From positions 25,110,001 to 25,174,000 of the forward strand of contig NC_086108.1 of assembly GCF_963921235.1 (NCBI RefSeq): DNA of 64,000 nucleotides, written 5' to 3'. The notes under the pieces are model-generated. The model had not been told where the DNA came from. It saw only the letters and a list, made by a program, of their open reading frames with translations, and made no database searches. Positions 38,041 to 52,400 of the stretch are shown here, piece by piece. Origin of the DNA: Mobula hypostoma (lineage: Eukaryota). Numbering within the stretch: position 1 is the stretch's first letter; every line of letters begins with the position of its first letter. The translations under genes and the position numbers were made by a program.

Positions 38041-38399
38041 CATGCTCAGAGAACAATAGAGCCAACTGCATTCCTGCTCCATGTATGTAATTCCAACTCC
38101 CAATCTCTCCTTTCTCCATCAGACCAACAACATTGCCACTATTGCCCTCCTGCCACAAGACTCTCAACATCATTGCAATGTTAAAAATTTACTCATAACA
38201 TCTGCAGGTAGTCTATACATTTACACTACAGATTCTTAATTTATTGTCCTTTATTTATTTATTTGAAAGTTAACACCAGTACGTAGAAGGGAATAAGGCA
38301 CACTGAGCCTGAGAATTTAACATTTACTGTAAGAAACTATTTTGACCATGCACCCTCTCTATTTCTCTGAGAAGAAGCACCACGAGGTTTAATCCTTGG

Positions 38400-38790
38400 A
38401 ACATTCACTTAATAAAACATGCCCGTCAATCTTTTAAATGGTGAAATTAAAGTGGAAAATAAATGATCTTTAGGAAATAAAGACAGCTTTACTTTTTCAG
38501 TGGTGAGCCTTTGTATTAGAGTGATGCCACAGAGGCGGATTTTAGAACAGCAACAATTGCCCATCAAAGCTTTGAACAGAAAATGTGTCATTAATTTGTA
38601 AAGAGCGGAAACAGTTAAGCAACCAAGCTAATGAGAGCCAACCCAATTGCAGGGTCCATGGGGCTTCGAAGCAGAGCAGCTGTTCCTTTAGAGCAAGTAG
38701 AAGAAAGACACTTATCCCACATGGAAAATGAAATAATTACATTAATGCTGTTTACACTCTAAATGTTCATTAGAATTAAATCCTTTTTCC
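38400..38790. promoter_or_regulatory. Candidate conserved non-coding enhancer
   Basis: Unique non-repeat block with clustered AACAAT (SOX), ATCAAAG/CTTTGAA (TCF/LEF), TGTTTAC (FOX) and TAAT motifs. Conservation not tested. Confidence 0.4.
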
Positions 38791-39239
38791 CTTTTAAATT
38801 TAAAAAAAAGCTTTTCTGGGTTCAGTTCAAAATTGGTTCTGTAAATTGACAGCACATTTCCATTTTAAAGGAAGTGACAAATACTGGTATTAATGCAGAA
38901 ACAGAATGGATTTAGTTCAGAACACTAAAAGCACAGATTAAATTCTTCTGTAGCTAAGCAAATTTGAGGTTAAATTCTTGCATTGCTGAGAATTGTAATA
39001 AAAGACATCCACAGAATTATTACCAGTTGTAATGTATCCCTATGGTACTATCACATACCTTACATCAAATCCCTACCTAAAATATAGTCTCCTACCTTTT
39101 TATTTCAGGACACAGAGTACAAAGTACATTTAAAGTACTGCTGACCTATAAATATACCAAAATAAACAAATTATGAATTTTGTGAATCACAAACCCTAAC
39201 TTTAGGGCCATCATTAATTGACTCAGACATAAACATTTA

Positions 39240-39600
39240 GTCAAGTCAATTCAAGTCCAGTTTATTGTCATACGCAAGAAGTGGTCTGTTGTATTCCTCT
39301 GAGGTAGAGTTAGGATTGTGCAGGTAAGTTCAAAAACCTGATGGTTTTAGTAAAGTAGTTGTCCCTGTCCCTATCAGGTTCCTGTAGTCCTGCCTTCTGG
39401 TTGCAACCAGATGACCTGGACCAGACAGTGGGATCTCTGATGATGGATGGCAGTTTCTTGAGGCAGTACCTCCTGTAGCTGCTGTCTGTGGTAGGGAGGG
39501 CTGTGACCAAGATAGAATGGACAGTACTTACCACTCTCTGCAGTCTCGTATTGTTGTTTGTTAGAATTGCTGTACCAGATGTGAAGCAGAAAGTTAGGAT
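39240..39600 (-). mobile_element. Old Rex1-like LINE 3' fragment
   Basis: (TCAAG)n tail; CLKKLPSIIRDP. Confidence 0.6.
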
Positions 39601-40294
39601 ATCACTTTAAATTAACCAAAATACCTACTATCCCCAAATCTGAGATGGCATCTGTATTTTTTTCCCAGTTACCATGAAGTGCAAGTATTTTGGCCATGAC
39701 TGACATCTTTGATTATGAATTTTCTCTGAACAGGCTGTCTCTGGTAATGAACAGGTTCCATTTTTCACAGATGCCCATAAGTTAGTTTTTGTCCATAAGT
39801 CAGATAATGCACGAAAAGTATACCTCCACAGTAAAGGCACACAAAATTGATAATATGATTAATTGTACCACGGTTTGAGATGGCAATCTGAATACATAGG
39901 AATATAAGAAAAAATAGATAGTAGTGAACTCAGCCCAGTACATCCTGGCACATGTCTCCCTACCCTCAGTAGTATCTACAAGGGATGCTGACTATCATCA
40001 AAAATAGCTCCTTTTGTCCATGCCAACTTTTCACACCATTAACTCGATACATTATCTTTCGATGTGTCAATGCCACTGATGTTTCTGCCTTAACCAATAT
40101 ATCCATGAAGTTTTTCAGAGGCAGGACCCAGGATCCAGCCCTCAGCAAAAGCCAAAACAGTAGTCCTTCCCCACAAAACCTGCACTGAGGTTCATAGTAT
40201 CCATCAGTAGATGTTTCTGTATCTTGGGATGTGCCAGTCAGCAATCTTCACTTGTAGATATTTCCCTACAGTGGAAGACTATCAAATTTCAGAC

Positions 40295-43200
40295 AGACCA
40301 AAATCCGAGGATAACTACTGAGAGGGTGGGACCACTCAAGGATAAAGTGCTGAACATTTGTTTGGATTCGGAGAATGTGAGTGAAGTACTTAATGAGTAC
40401 TTTGCTTCAGTATTTACCAAAGAAAAAGGTATGGAGGACCTGGAGATCAGTGCTGAGTGTACAAATACATTAGAGTGTTCAGAGGTCAAGGAGGAGGAAG
40501 TGTTGGGCCTTCTAATGAGATTTAAGGTGGTTATGTCTCCATGGCCTGATGGAATTTACCCAAGGTTATGGAAGGAGGCAAGAGATGAGATTGCAGTGGC
40601 CTTGACCACTACCTTCGTGTCCCCTCTAGCCAGACGTGAGGTCCTGGAAGACTGGTGAATAACTGATGTTGTATCTCTATTTAAGAAGGGAACAAGGGAA
40701 AATCCTGGGAACTATAGATCAGTGAGTCTCATGTCAGCCATAGGGAAATTCTTAAGGATAGGATAAGTGAGCGTTTGGTAACCCATGGCCTAATTAGGAA
40801 GAGCCAGCATGGTTTTGTGCTGGGCAGGTCATGTCTTGCCAACTTGATTGAGATTTTGACAAGGTGTCGAGAGAGATTGATGAGGGTGGGACAGTGGATG
40901 TTGTCTACATGGATTTTAGTAAGGCATTTGACAAAGTCCCTCATGGGAGGCTAATCCAGAAGATTAAGGTGCATGGGTTCCATGGTGAACTGGTTGTTTG
41001 GATTCAGAACTGGCTTGCACATAGAAGACAGAGGGTAGTGGTTTGAGCTGGAAGTCTGTAATTAGTGGTGTTCCGCAAGGATCTGTGCTGGAAGCTCTGC
41101 TGTTCACAATGTATATAAATGATGTGATGAAAATGTATTAAATTGAATTGAACTGAATTGATTTTATTACTTAGATCCTTCATATACATGAGTAAAAATC
41201 TTTACATTACATCTCTGTTTAAATATACAATGTGCAATTTACAGTAATTTATAATAAATATTATGTAGAACAGGATAGGCAATATAACATAGAAATACAG
41301 TTGTGTCAGCATGAATTAAGCAGTCTGATGGCCTGGTGGAAGAAGCTGTCCTGGAGCCTGTTGGTCCTGGCTTTTATTCTGCAGTACCATTTCCCAGATG
41401 GTACCAGCTGGAACAGTTTGTGGTTTGGGTGACATGGGTCCCGAATGATCCTTTGGGCCCTTTTTACACACCTGTCTTTGTAAATGTCCTGAATAGTGGA
41501 AAGTTCACACCTACAGATGCGCTGAGCTGTCTGCACCACTCTCTGCAAAGTCCTATGATTGAGGGAAGCCCAGTTCCCATACTAGGCAGTGATGCAGCCA
41601 ATCAGGATGCTCTCAATCGTGCCCCTATAGAAACTTCTTAGGATTTGGGGGCCCATACCAAACATCTTCAACTGCCTGAGGTGAAAGAGGCATTGTTGTG
41701 CTTTTCTCACCACATAGCCGATACGTACGGACCACATGAGATCCTCAGTGATGTTTATGCCGAGGAACTTTAAGCTGTTCACCCTCTCAACCCCAGATCC
41801 ATTGATGTCAATAGGGGTTAGCCTGTCTCCGTTCCTCCTGTAGTCCACAACCTGCCCCTTTGTTTTTGCAACATTGAGGGAGATGTTGCTTTCTTGACAC
41901 CACTGTGTCAGGGTGATGACTTCTTCTCTGTAGGCTGCGTCATTATTACTTGAGATTAGGCCAGTCAGTGTAGTGTCATCAGCAAATTTAATTAGCAGAT
42001 TGGAACAGTGGATGGCAACACAGTCATGGGTATACAGAGAGTAAAGCAGGGGGCTTAGTACACAGCCCTGAGGGGCACCTGTGTTGTCAGAGGGGCAGAG
42101 GTGAGGGAGCCCACTCTTACCACCTGCCGGCAATCTGACAGGAAGTGCAGGACCCAACTAAACAAGGCAAGGTGAAGGCTGAAGTCTCGAAGCTTCTTGT
42201 CGAGCCTGGAGGGAATTATGGTGTTGAATGCTGAACTGTAGTCCAAGTACAGCATTCTCACATAAGCATCCCACTCTCCAGATGTGTAAGGATGGTATCT
42301 AGAGCTGTGGCTATTGTGTCATCTGTTGATCGTTTGTGTCAGTAGGTGAATTTTAGGGGGTCCAGTGTGGTTGGTAGCAAGCTGCAGATGTAGTCGTGAC
42401 CAGCCTCTCAAAGCATTTGCTTATTATTGAGGTGAGTGCGACAGGACGCCAGTCGTTCAGAAATGTTACCTTGGTTTTTTTAGGTACTGGAACAATGGTA
42501 GGTGTTTTGAAGCAGGAGGGCACTCTATACTGGGAGACAGAGAGATTAAAAATGTCTATAAACACACCTACCAGTTGTGCTATGCACATCCTGAGTACTT
42601 GCCCTGGGATGCTGTCCGGTCTGGCATTTGTTTCCACTTGTTGGAAGCACCTGCGTACTTCGGACTCAGAGGTGACCAAGCTGCAGGTTGCATCATCTGT
42701 AGGTCTCCTCATGGGTTCAGTGTTGGCGACATCGAATTGAGCGTAAAAAAGATTTAGCTCGTCTTGGAGAGAGGCAGTGATGTCACTGCGTTTAGCTATA
42801 AAGTCTGTGATGGTGTGCAGAACTTGCCATAAGCTACATGTGTTGTTGCTGGAAGGCTGAGCCTGAAACTTGTCTCTGTATTGTTGTTTCATTGCCTTGA
42901 TGACTTTGTGTGGATCGTAGCTGCGTTTCTCGAGTTCCTGTTGGTTACCGGCAATCTAAGCTCTGTGTCGCATAGTAAGTGCTGCTCGCATAGAACTGCT
43001 GATCCAGGCTTTCTGGTTTGGATAGACCCTGACCAATTTCTGGGAGCAACATCCTCTATGCACTTCCGGATGAAACTTGTGACCCCATCCGTGAACTCGG
43101 AGACATCCTCATCATGGAAGACGTTCCAGTCGATGTCATCAAAGCAGTCCTGTAGCATGGAGGCCGATTGGTCGGACCAAGAGTGGACGGTTTTAACTAT

Positions 43201-44255
43201 GGCCGCTTTGTGTTTCAGCTTCTGCCTGTACTTTGGCAGCAACAAGATGAAGGAGTGATCCGATTTTCTGAATGGAGGGTGAAGGAGTGCTTTGTAAGTG
43301 TTGCGGAAGGGAGAGTAGCGGTGGTCGAGCAGATGGAGAGGTTAGTAAGTTTGTGAACGATATCAAGATTGGCATAGTTGTGAATAGTGTAGAAGACTGG
43401 CAAAAAATACAGCATGTTATAGATCAGTTGCAGGCATGGGCAGAGAAATGGCAGATGGAGTTTTACCCAGATAAATGTGAGGTGTTGCGCCTTGGTAGGG
43501 CAAATGCCAGAAGACAGTATACTGTTAAGAGCAAGATCCTTAACAGTGTTGCTGAGCAGAGAGATTTCGGGATCGAGGTTAATAGCTCCTTAAAAGTGGA
43601 TACACAGTTTGATAGGGTGGTTAAAAAGGCTCTTATTAGTCAAGCCACTGAGTTCAAAAGTCAAGAAGTTATGTTGCAACTTTATATAACTCTGGTTAGG
43701 CCATATCTGGAGTATTGCATACAGTTCTGGTCGCCTCACTATAGGAAAGATGTTGAGGCTTTGGAAAGGGTGCAGGAGAGGTTTATCAGGATGCTGCCCA
43801 GTTTAGAAGGTATGTGTAGTCATGAGAGGCTGGACATCTTGGGTTTTCTTTGGAGCAACAGAGGCTGAGAGGAGATCTGATAGAGTTTTATAAGATTATA
43901 AGAGGCACACTTAGAACAGACAGGGGGTATCTGTTTCACAGAGTAGAAATGTCTAATACTAGAGGGCATGCATTGAAGATGAAAAGGGGTAGGTTCAAGG
44001 AGATGTGAGGGGTAAGATCTTTACTCAGAGAGTTGTGGATGCCTGGAATATACTGCCTGGTATGGTGGTAGAGGCAAATACATGAGAGACTTTTAAGAGA
44101 CATTTAGATACGCACACAAATGTGAGGAAGATGGAGGGATATGGACATTTTATACTTTGGAGGGATTCGTTTTTGGGTGTTTTTGATTTGTTTTTTAGTT
44201 GGTTCGGCACAACATTGTGGGCCGAAGGGCCTATTCTTGTGCTGTACTGTTCTAT
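40295..44255 (+). mobile_element. CR1 LINE split by a Rex1 insertion (40295-41127 and ~43325-44255)
   Basis: RT breaks after 'IYIND' and resumes at 'SKFVNDIKIG'; 3'UTR GGGCCGAAGGGCCT...CTGTACTGTTCTA. Confidence 0.85.
41142..43322 (-). mobile_element. Rex1/Babar LINE, 5'-truncated
   Basis: LNDWRPVALT, YLDYSSAFNTI, GAPQGCVLSP, KFADD; (TTCAA)n tail. Confidence 0.9.
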
Positions 44256-45019
44256 ACATCTTTCATTGAGTTGATAATCTCTAATTACAGAGTAATTTGT
44301 TATGTATGTGCTCATGGACCAGTGCATCTTTGTCAAGAACTTCCTGGCAAATTCAGCAGCCATGAGGAATTGGACAATCATCCCCTGCACACCAAAGCCA
44401 TTTTAAGAGATCCATGCATCAGGACTGAGGCTCTGAGTGTACATGAAGAGTCTGATGGGAAGGGCTCATCTCACTAACAGCTAAACAATGTGGCAGTTCT
44501 TGTTTACGACTTCTGGCAATGAGATTGCCTTGATACCAATGACCCATTTCATTGGGCATCTTGGTGATCTCTCTGCTGATTATCTAAAGGCTAGAAACTT
44601 GCTCCCTAACCTACATTATCATGACAAAACAGCAGTCTATTTCAGCCTGGGGACGCAGACACTGGCAGCAGGTTTGACTGGAAGTTTAAATCCATTCTTA
44701 AATAAGTCAAAATTTTATTTGGTTTGCAGTGTCTTAGCTAATTTTCTGAGGGTTCTTAGCTTATCTTTTCTACATTCCCTCCCTGCCCTCTCCTTCTATT
44801 CCCTTCTTTGACCCCCCTTTATGTTTCTCTTCCCCTTACCTGCCAATCACCTCTCCTGGTGCCCCTCCTCCTTCTCTTTCTGGTATGATCCACTCTCCTC
44901 TCCTGTCAGATTCCTTCTTCTCCAATACTTTGCCTTTTTGACATATCACCACCGAGCTCCTTATTTCACCCCTGCAACCCACTCACCTGACTCACCTATC
45001 ACCTAACTCCTTCTAGCTT

Positions 45020-47139
45020 AAGACCATAAGATCATAAGATATAGGAGCAGAAGTAAGCCATTCAGCCCATCAAGTCTGCTCCGCCATTCAATATGGACTG
45101 ATCCAATTCTTCCAGTCATACCCACTCCCCTACCTTCTCCCCATACCTTTTGATGCCCTGACTAATCAAGAATCTATCTATCTCTGCCTTAAATAACCCC
45201 AATGACTTGGCCTCCAAAGCTGCTCATGGCAACAAATTCCACAGATTTACCACCCTCTGACTATAATTTCTCCGCATCTCAGTTCTAAAACGATGTCCTT
45301 CAACCCTGAAGTTGTGCCCTCTTGCTGTAAAATCACCTAAGATGGGAAATAACTTTGCCATATCTAATCTGTTCAGGCCTTTTAACATTCGGAATGTTTC
45401 TATGAGATCCCCTCTCAGTCTCCTGAACTCCAGGGAATACATCCCAAGAGCTGCCATACGTTCCTCATGCGGTAACCCTTTCATTCCTGGAATCATTCTT
45501 GTGAATCTTCTCTGAGCCCTCTCAAATATCAGTATATCCTTTCTAAAATAAAATAAAATATGAGTGCCTTATAGAGCCTCAACATCACATCCCTGCTCTT
45601 ATACCTCTAGAAATGAATGCCAACTTTGCATTCGCCTTCTTCACCACCGACTCAACCTGGAGGTAATCTTTAGGGTATCTTGCACAAGGACTCCCAGTCC
45701 CTTTGCATCTTTCCATTTTGAATTCTCTCCCTATCTAAATAATAGTCTGCCCGTTTATTTCTTCCACCAAAGTGCATGACCATACACTTTCCAAAATTGT
45801 ATTTCATTTGCCACTTCTGTGCCCATTCCCCTAAACTATCTAAGTCTCTCTGTTTCCTCAACACTACCTGCTCCTCCACCTATCTTTGTATCATCCCATT
45901 GTTGAAGTCATTGACATATATTATAAAAGCAGCAGTCCCAACACCGATCCCTGTGGACCTCCACTGGCAATCGGCAACCAGCCAGAATAGGATCCATTTA
46001 TTCCCACTCCCTGTTTTCTACCAATCAGCCAATGCTCCACCCATGCTTGTAACTCCCCTGTAATTCCGTGGGCTCTTACCTTGCTAAGCAGCCTCATGTG
46101 CGGCATCTTGTTAAGGGCCATCTGAAAATCCAAGTACACCACATCTAGAGTGCATCTGCTTTGTCTACCCTGCTTGTAATTTCCTCAAAAAATTGCAGTA
46201 GATTAGTCAGGCAGGATTATTCTTTCAGGAAACCACGCTGGCTTTGGCCTATCTTCTCACATGTCTCCAGTTACTCCATAATCTCATCCTAACAATTGAT
46301 TTCAACAACAACTGATGTTAGGCTAACAGGTCTATAATTTTCTTTCTGCTGCCTCCCACCCTTCTTAAATAGCGGAGTAACATTTGCAATTTTCCAGTCA
46401 TCCGGTACAATGCCAGAATCTATCAATTCTTGAAAGATCATTGCTAATGCCTCCGCAATCTCTCCAGCTACTTCCTTCAGAATCCGATGGTGTATTCCAT
46501 CAGGTCCATGAGATTTATCCAACCGCAAACCATTAAGCTTCCTGAGCACCTTCTCAGTCGTAATTTTCACTGCAAATACTTCACTTCCCTGACACTCTTG
46601 AATGTCCGGTGTACTGCAGATGCCGTCCACTGCGAAGACTGATACAAAATATGCATTCAGTTCCTCTGCATCTCATTATAATATCTCCAGCGTTATTTTC
46701 TATTGGCCCTATATCTACCCTCAACACTCCTTTACCCTTTATATACTTAAAAAAGCTTTCAGTGTTTTCTTTGATATCAGTCACCAGCTTCCTTCTGTAA
46801 TTCATCTTTTCCTTCCTAATGACCTTCTAGTTACCTTCTGCAAGTTTGTAAAAGCTCCCCAATCCTCTGTCTTTGCACTAGCTCTGACTACCTTGTATGC
46901 CCTCTCTTTTACTTTTACTTTGGCTCTGATTTCATTTGTCAGCCACTGTAGTGTTACTCTTCCATTCGAAAATTTCTTCTTATTTGGAATATTTCTGTCT
47001 TGCACTTCCCTCATTTTTGCAGAAACTCCAGCCATTGCTGCTCTGCTGTCCTTCCTGCTAGTGTCCCTTTCTAGTCAACCTTGGCCAGTTCCCCTCTCAT
47101 GCCATTGTAATTTCCTTTATTCCACTGAAATACCAACAC
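45020..47139 (-). mobile_element. CR1 LINE inserted into a Penelope-type repeat
   Basis: ORF2 motifs and (AGACCATA)n tail. The pyrimidine-rich host repeat lies at ~44810-45019 and resumes at 47140-47292 with a hammerhead remnant at 47195-47232. Confidence 0.88.
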
Positions 47140-47500
47140 ATGTGCACCTTCCCCTCTTTCACCTTTTTATTCTGGTTTCTTCCTCCTTCCTTTTCAGTCC
47201 TAAAGATGGGTTTCAGCCTGAAATGTCGACTATTTATTCATTTCATATGGATGCTGTTTAACGTTCTGAGTTACTCCAGCATTTTGTGTGTGATGTTCAG
47301 GAAGAAATACAGTGCTTCTTTTCCCCTAGGTAAGTCTACTCATTATTACAGTTTGACAAGTAGATATCAGGTTAAAATTGAAAATACAGCTTATTCACAA
47401 CTATACAGAACCATTGTATGAAGTTTACTGAATCAGTTCAATGGATAACATTATCAAAAGGATAAACAGCACTCATTAAATTACAGATAAACAGTCTACA

Positions 47501-47619
47501 GTCTCGGCCTGAAACGTCGACTGCACCTTTTCCTAGAGATGCTGCTTGGCCTGCTGCGTTCACCAGCAACTTTGATGTGTGTTGCTTGAATTTTCAGCAT
47601 CTTCAGAATTCCTGTTGTT
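47501..47619 (+). mobile_element. 5'-truncated Penelope-type repeat starting inside hammerhead helix II
   Basis: GTCTCGGCCTGAAACGTCGACTG...TTTGATGTGTGTTGCTTGAA; TACAG on both sides. Confidence 0.75.
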
Positions 47620-47667
47620 TACAGCAAAAAGGTTTCAATTTTGTCTGGCAAGATATTGCTTTTATTT

Positions 47668-48485
47668 AACCTGGCACTCAACGTCAGTAAGACGAAAGAG
47701 CTGATTGTGGACTTCTGGAAGGGCAAGACGAAGGAACACATACCAGTCCTCATAGAGTGTTCAGAAGTGGAGAGAGTGAGCAATTTCAAGTTCCTGGGTG
47801 TCAAGATCTCTGAGGATCTAACCTGGTCCCAACATATCGATGCAGTTATAAAGAAAGCAAGACAGCGGCTATACTTTATTAGGAGTTTGAAGAGATTTGA
47901 TTTGAAAACAAATATACTCAAAAACTCCTATAGATGTACCGTGGAGAGTGTTCTGACAGGCCACATCACTGTCTGTTATGGGGGGGATAGGGGCTACTGC
48001 ACAGGACCAAAAGAAGCTGCAGAGGGTTGTAAATTTAGTCAGCTTCACCTTGGGTACTAGCCTACAAAATACCCAGGATATCTTCAAGGAGTGGTGTCTC
48101 AGAAAGGCGGCATCCATTATTAAGAACCTCCAGAACACAGGGCATACCATTTTCTCACTGTTACCATCAAGTAGGAGGTACAGAAGCATAAAGGCACACA
48201 ATCAGTGATTCAGGAACAGCTTCTTCTCCTCTGTCATCCGATTCCTAAATGGACATTGAACCCTTTGACACTACTTCACTTTTTCTAATATATAGTATTT
48301 CTGCTCTTTCCACTATTTTAATCTATTCAATATACATACACTGTAATTGATTTTCTTGCTTATTTATTATTATTAAGTTATTTTGTGGGTTTTTTCTTCT
48401 ATATTATGTATTGCATTGAACTGTTGCTGCTAAATTAAGAAATTTCACGTCACAGGCCTGTGATAATAAATCTGATTCTGATTCT
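47668..48485 (+). mobile_element. Rex1/Babar LINE 3' part
   Basis: LNVSKTKELIVDF, FKFLGV; (GATTCT)n tail. Confidence 0.85.
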
Positions 48486-48666
48486 TAATTCCATGATTGC
48501 TTCCAACAGTAGATTATTTTGCTGTCTCAGATTATCTACATTACAACTAATGTTTACAAGAACTAAGGTAAAACAGAGTATGAATGTAAACCAAAAATTA
48601 CTATAGCTCAGAAATAGAGGATAGATGTAGAAGAGGGAGGAAATGGAATGATCAATGATGTAATCT

Positions 48667-49073
48667 TGTCATGGGCCCTGTGGGCCTCTGCAGCTTGCTG
48701 TAGAACATTGATCTTCTTGGTTTCTCGAACACATATATTTACTAACTCTGTTATCTTAACTTGAGCCTTAGGCCCTTGTGCTTTCAGTTTAATCTTGTCA
48801 AGTTGATTGTGACTGGCATGTGTTTCCTGCCTTCTATGATTATTTAAAGGGGTATCCAGTTAACTCTTCAGCGGAGTCCTGCTGTGTTATAGAGAATGAT
48901 CAGTGTCGCAGTGTTGTTTAGTTGGCCGTCCGATGCTCTGTTGGTATTCCTATGCCAAAACTTTTGTTTCTGTCTCCTCGTGAGGATTCTGCTATTTCTT
49001 CGCTCGTGGTTCGAGTTGTGGGTGGGCTGACCGCTGCTTCTGGGCTGAGCCGGTGTTAGCGACCACCATGACA
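48667..49073 (+). repeat. Isolated LTR (Gypsy-like)
   Basis: Terminal inverted TGTCATGG...CCATGACA; TATTTAAA box; no TSD seen. Confidence 0.6.
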
Positions 49074-49428
49074 GAGAGTCTGCCATTCCTCCACACTTGG
49101 TTCCAGTCTTGCGAGTGCCCACCATCTCAAAACTGGCTGGTGAAAATGCTTCAGACAAGGGCCTTGTCTATTTCAAGTGTGTTCGCACATGCTACAGTTT
49201 CTTCCTTACATGGAATTGTGCAAAACCAGACATTAATAATACCAATGACCAAATGTTAATTAGTGGAAAATTTTCAGCAATAGAATACAAAAAGGAAAAA
49301 CATTGGTCTTTTAGGTTTTTATTCCGTGACTATATTTCTGACAAATGAAACTCTATTTCACTCCAGTTGTTTTTTTTTTCTAAATACTTCAGCAGAAATG
49401 CTTCTTATTATGCTTTTCCAGATAATGC

Positions 49429-52400
49429 AACCATAAAACCATATAACAATTACAGCATGGAAACAGGCCATCTCGACCCTTCTAGTCGGTGCCGAACTCT
49501 TACTCTCACCTAGTCCCACCGACCTGCACTCAGCCCATAACCCTCCATTCCTTTCCTGTCCATATAGCTGTCCAATTTAACTTTAAACAACAACATTGAA
49601 CCTGCCCCAACCACTTCTGCTGGAAGTTCGTTCCACACAGCTACCACTCTCTGAGTAAAGAAGCTCCCCCTCATGTTACCCCTAAACTTTTGCCCTTTAA
49701 CTCTCAACTCATGTCCTCTTGTTTGAATCTCCCCCACTCTCAATAGAAAAAGCCTATCCATGTCAACTCTATCTATCCCCCTCATAATTTTAAATACCTC
49801 AATCAAGTCCCCTCTCAACCTTCTACGTTCCGAAGAATAAAGACCCAACTTGTTCAACCTTTCTCTGTAACTTAGGTGATGAAACCTAGGTAACATTTTA
49901 GTAAGCCTTCTCTGTACTCTCTCTATTTTGTTGACATCTTTCCTATAATTTGGTGGCCAGAACTGTACACAATACTCCAAATTTGGCCTTACCAATGCCT
50001 TATGAAGTAGGTTTTTACCAATGCACTGTGTGTCTGACAGAGTGATCAGCAGCACTGGGACTCCACAGGGACTGTCTTGTCTCCCTTTCTCTTCACCATT
50101 TACACCTCGGACTTCAACTACTGCACAGAGTCTTGTCATTTTCAGAAGTTTTCGGATGACTCTGCCATAATTGGATGCATCAGCAAGGGAGACGAGGTTG
50201 ACTACAGGGCTACGGTAGGAAACTTTGTCACATGGTGTGAGCAGAATTATCTGCAGCTTAATGTGAACAAGACTAAGGAGCTGGTGGTAGACCTGAGGCG
50301 AGCTAAGGTACTGGTGACCCCTGTTTCCATCCAGGGGGTCAGTGTGGACATGGTGGAGGATTACAAATACCTGGGGATACGAATTGACAATAAACTGGAC
50401 TGGTCTAAGAACACTGACCAGTGTCAGTGTGAAGGGTCAGAGCCGTCTCTATTTCCTGAGGAGACTGAAGTCCTTTAACATCTGCCGGACGATGCTGAGG
50501 ATGTTCTACGAGTCTGTGGTGGCCAGTGCTATCATGTTTGCTGCTGTGTGCTGGGGCAGCAGGCTGAGGGTAGCAGACACCAACAGAATCAACAAACTCA
50601 TTCATAAGGCCAGTGATGTTGTAGGGATGGAACTGGACTCTCTCACGGTGGTGTCTGAAAACAGGATGCTGTCTAAGTTGCATGCCATCTTGGTCAATGT
50701 CTCCCATCCACTATATAATGTACTGGCTGGGCACAGGAGTACATTCAGCCAGAGACTCATTCCTCCGAGATGCAGCACAGAGCATCGTAAGAAATCATTC
50801 CTGTCTGTGGCCATCAAACTTTACAACTCCCCTCTTGGAGGGTCAGACATCCTGAGCCGATAGGCTGGTCCTGGACTTATTGCATAATTTACTGGCATAA
50901 TTTACATAGTACTATTTAACTATTTATGGTTCTATTGTTATCTATTATTTATGGTGCAACTGTAACAAAAACCAATTTCCCCCAGGATCAATAAAGTATG
51001 ACTATGATTATGACTATGACTATTATACAATTTCAACATTACATCCCAACTCCTATACTCAATGCTCTGATTTATAAAGGCCAGCATACCAGAAGCTTTC
51101 TTCACCACCCTATCCACATGAGATTCCACCTTCAGGGAACTATGCACCATTATTCCTAGATCCCTCAGTTCTACTGCATTCTTCAATGCCCTACCATTTA
51201 CCACGTATGTCCTATTTTGATTAGTCCGACCAAAATGTAGCACCTCACATTTATCAGCATTAAACTCCATCTGCCATCTTTCAGCCCACTCTTCTAACTG
51301 GCCTAAATTTCTCTGCAAGCTTTGAAAACCTACTTCATTATCCAAAACTCCACCTATCTTAGTATCATCTGCATACTTACTAATCCAATTTACCACCCCA
51401 TCATCCAGATCATTAATGTATATGACAAATAACATTGGTCCCAGTACAGATCCCTGAGGCACACCACTAGTCACCGACCTCCAATCTGACAAACAGTTAT
51501 CCATCACCACTCTCTGGCATCTCCCATCCAGCCACTGCTGAATCCATTTTACTATTTCAATATTAATACCTAACGATTGAACCTTCCTAACCAACCTTAC
51601 GTGTGGGACCTTGTCAAAAGCCTTACTGAAGTCCATATAGACAACATCCACTGCTTTACTCTTGTCAACTTTCCTAGTAACCTCTTCAGAAAATTCAATA
51701 AGATTTGTCAAACAGGAGCTTCCACGCACAAATCCATGTTGACTGTTTCTAATCAGACCCTGTCTATCCAGATAATTTTATATACCATCCCTAAGAATAC
51801 TTTCCATCAATTTATCCACCACTGACGTCAAACTCACAGGCCAATAATTGCTAGGTTTACTCTTAGAACCCTTTTTAAATAATGGAACAACATGAGCAAT
51901 ATGCCAATCCTTCAGCAGCATGCCCGTATATAATGACATTTGAAGTATTTCTGTCGGAGCCCCATGCTATTTCCACATTAACTTCCCTCAAGGTCCTAGG
52001 GAATATCCTGTCAGGACCCGGAGACTTATCCACTTTTATATCCCTTAAAAGCTCCAGTAATTCCTCTTCTTTAATCATCATAGTTTCCATAACTTCCCTA
52101 CCTGTTTCCCTTATCTTACCCAATTCAATATCCTTCTCCTTAGTGAATACCGAAGAAAAGAAGTTGTTCAGAATCTCCCCTATCTCTTTTGGCTCCACAC
52201 ATAGCTGTCCACTCTGATTCTCTAAGGGACCAATTTTATCCCTCTCTATCCTTTTGTTATTAATATAACGGTTATAACCTTGGGATTTATTTTCACCTTA
52301 CTTGCCAAAGCAAACTCATATCTTCTTTTAGCTTTTCTAATTTGTTTCTTAAGATTCTTTTTACATTCTTTATATTCCTCGAGCGCCTCATATTCTCCAT

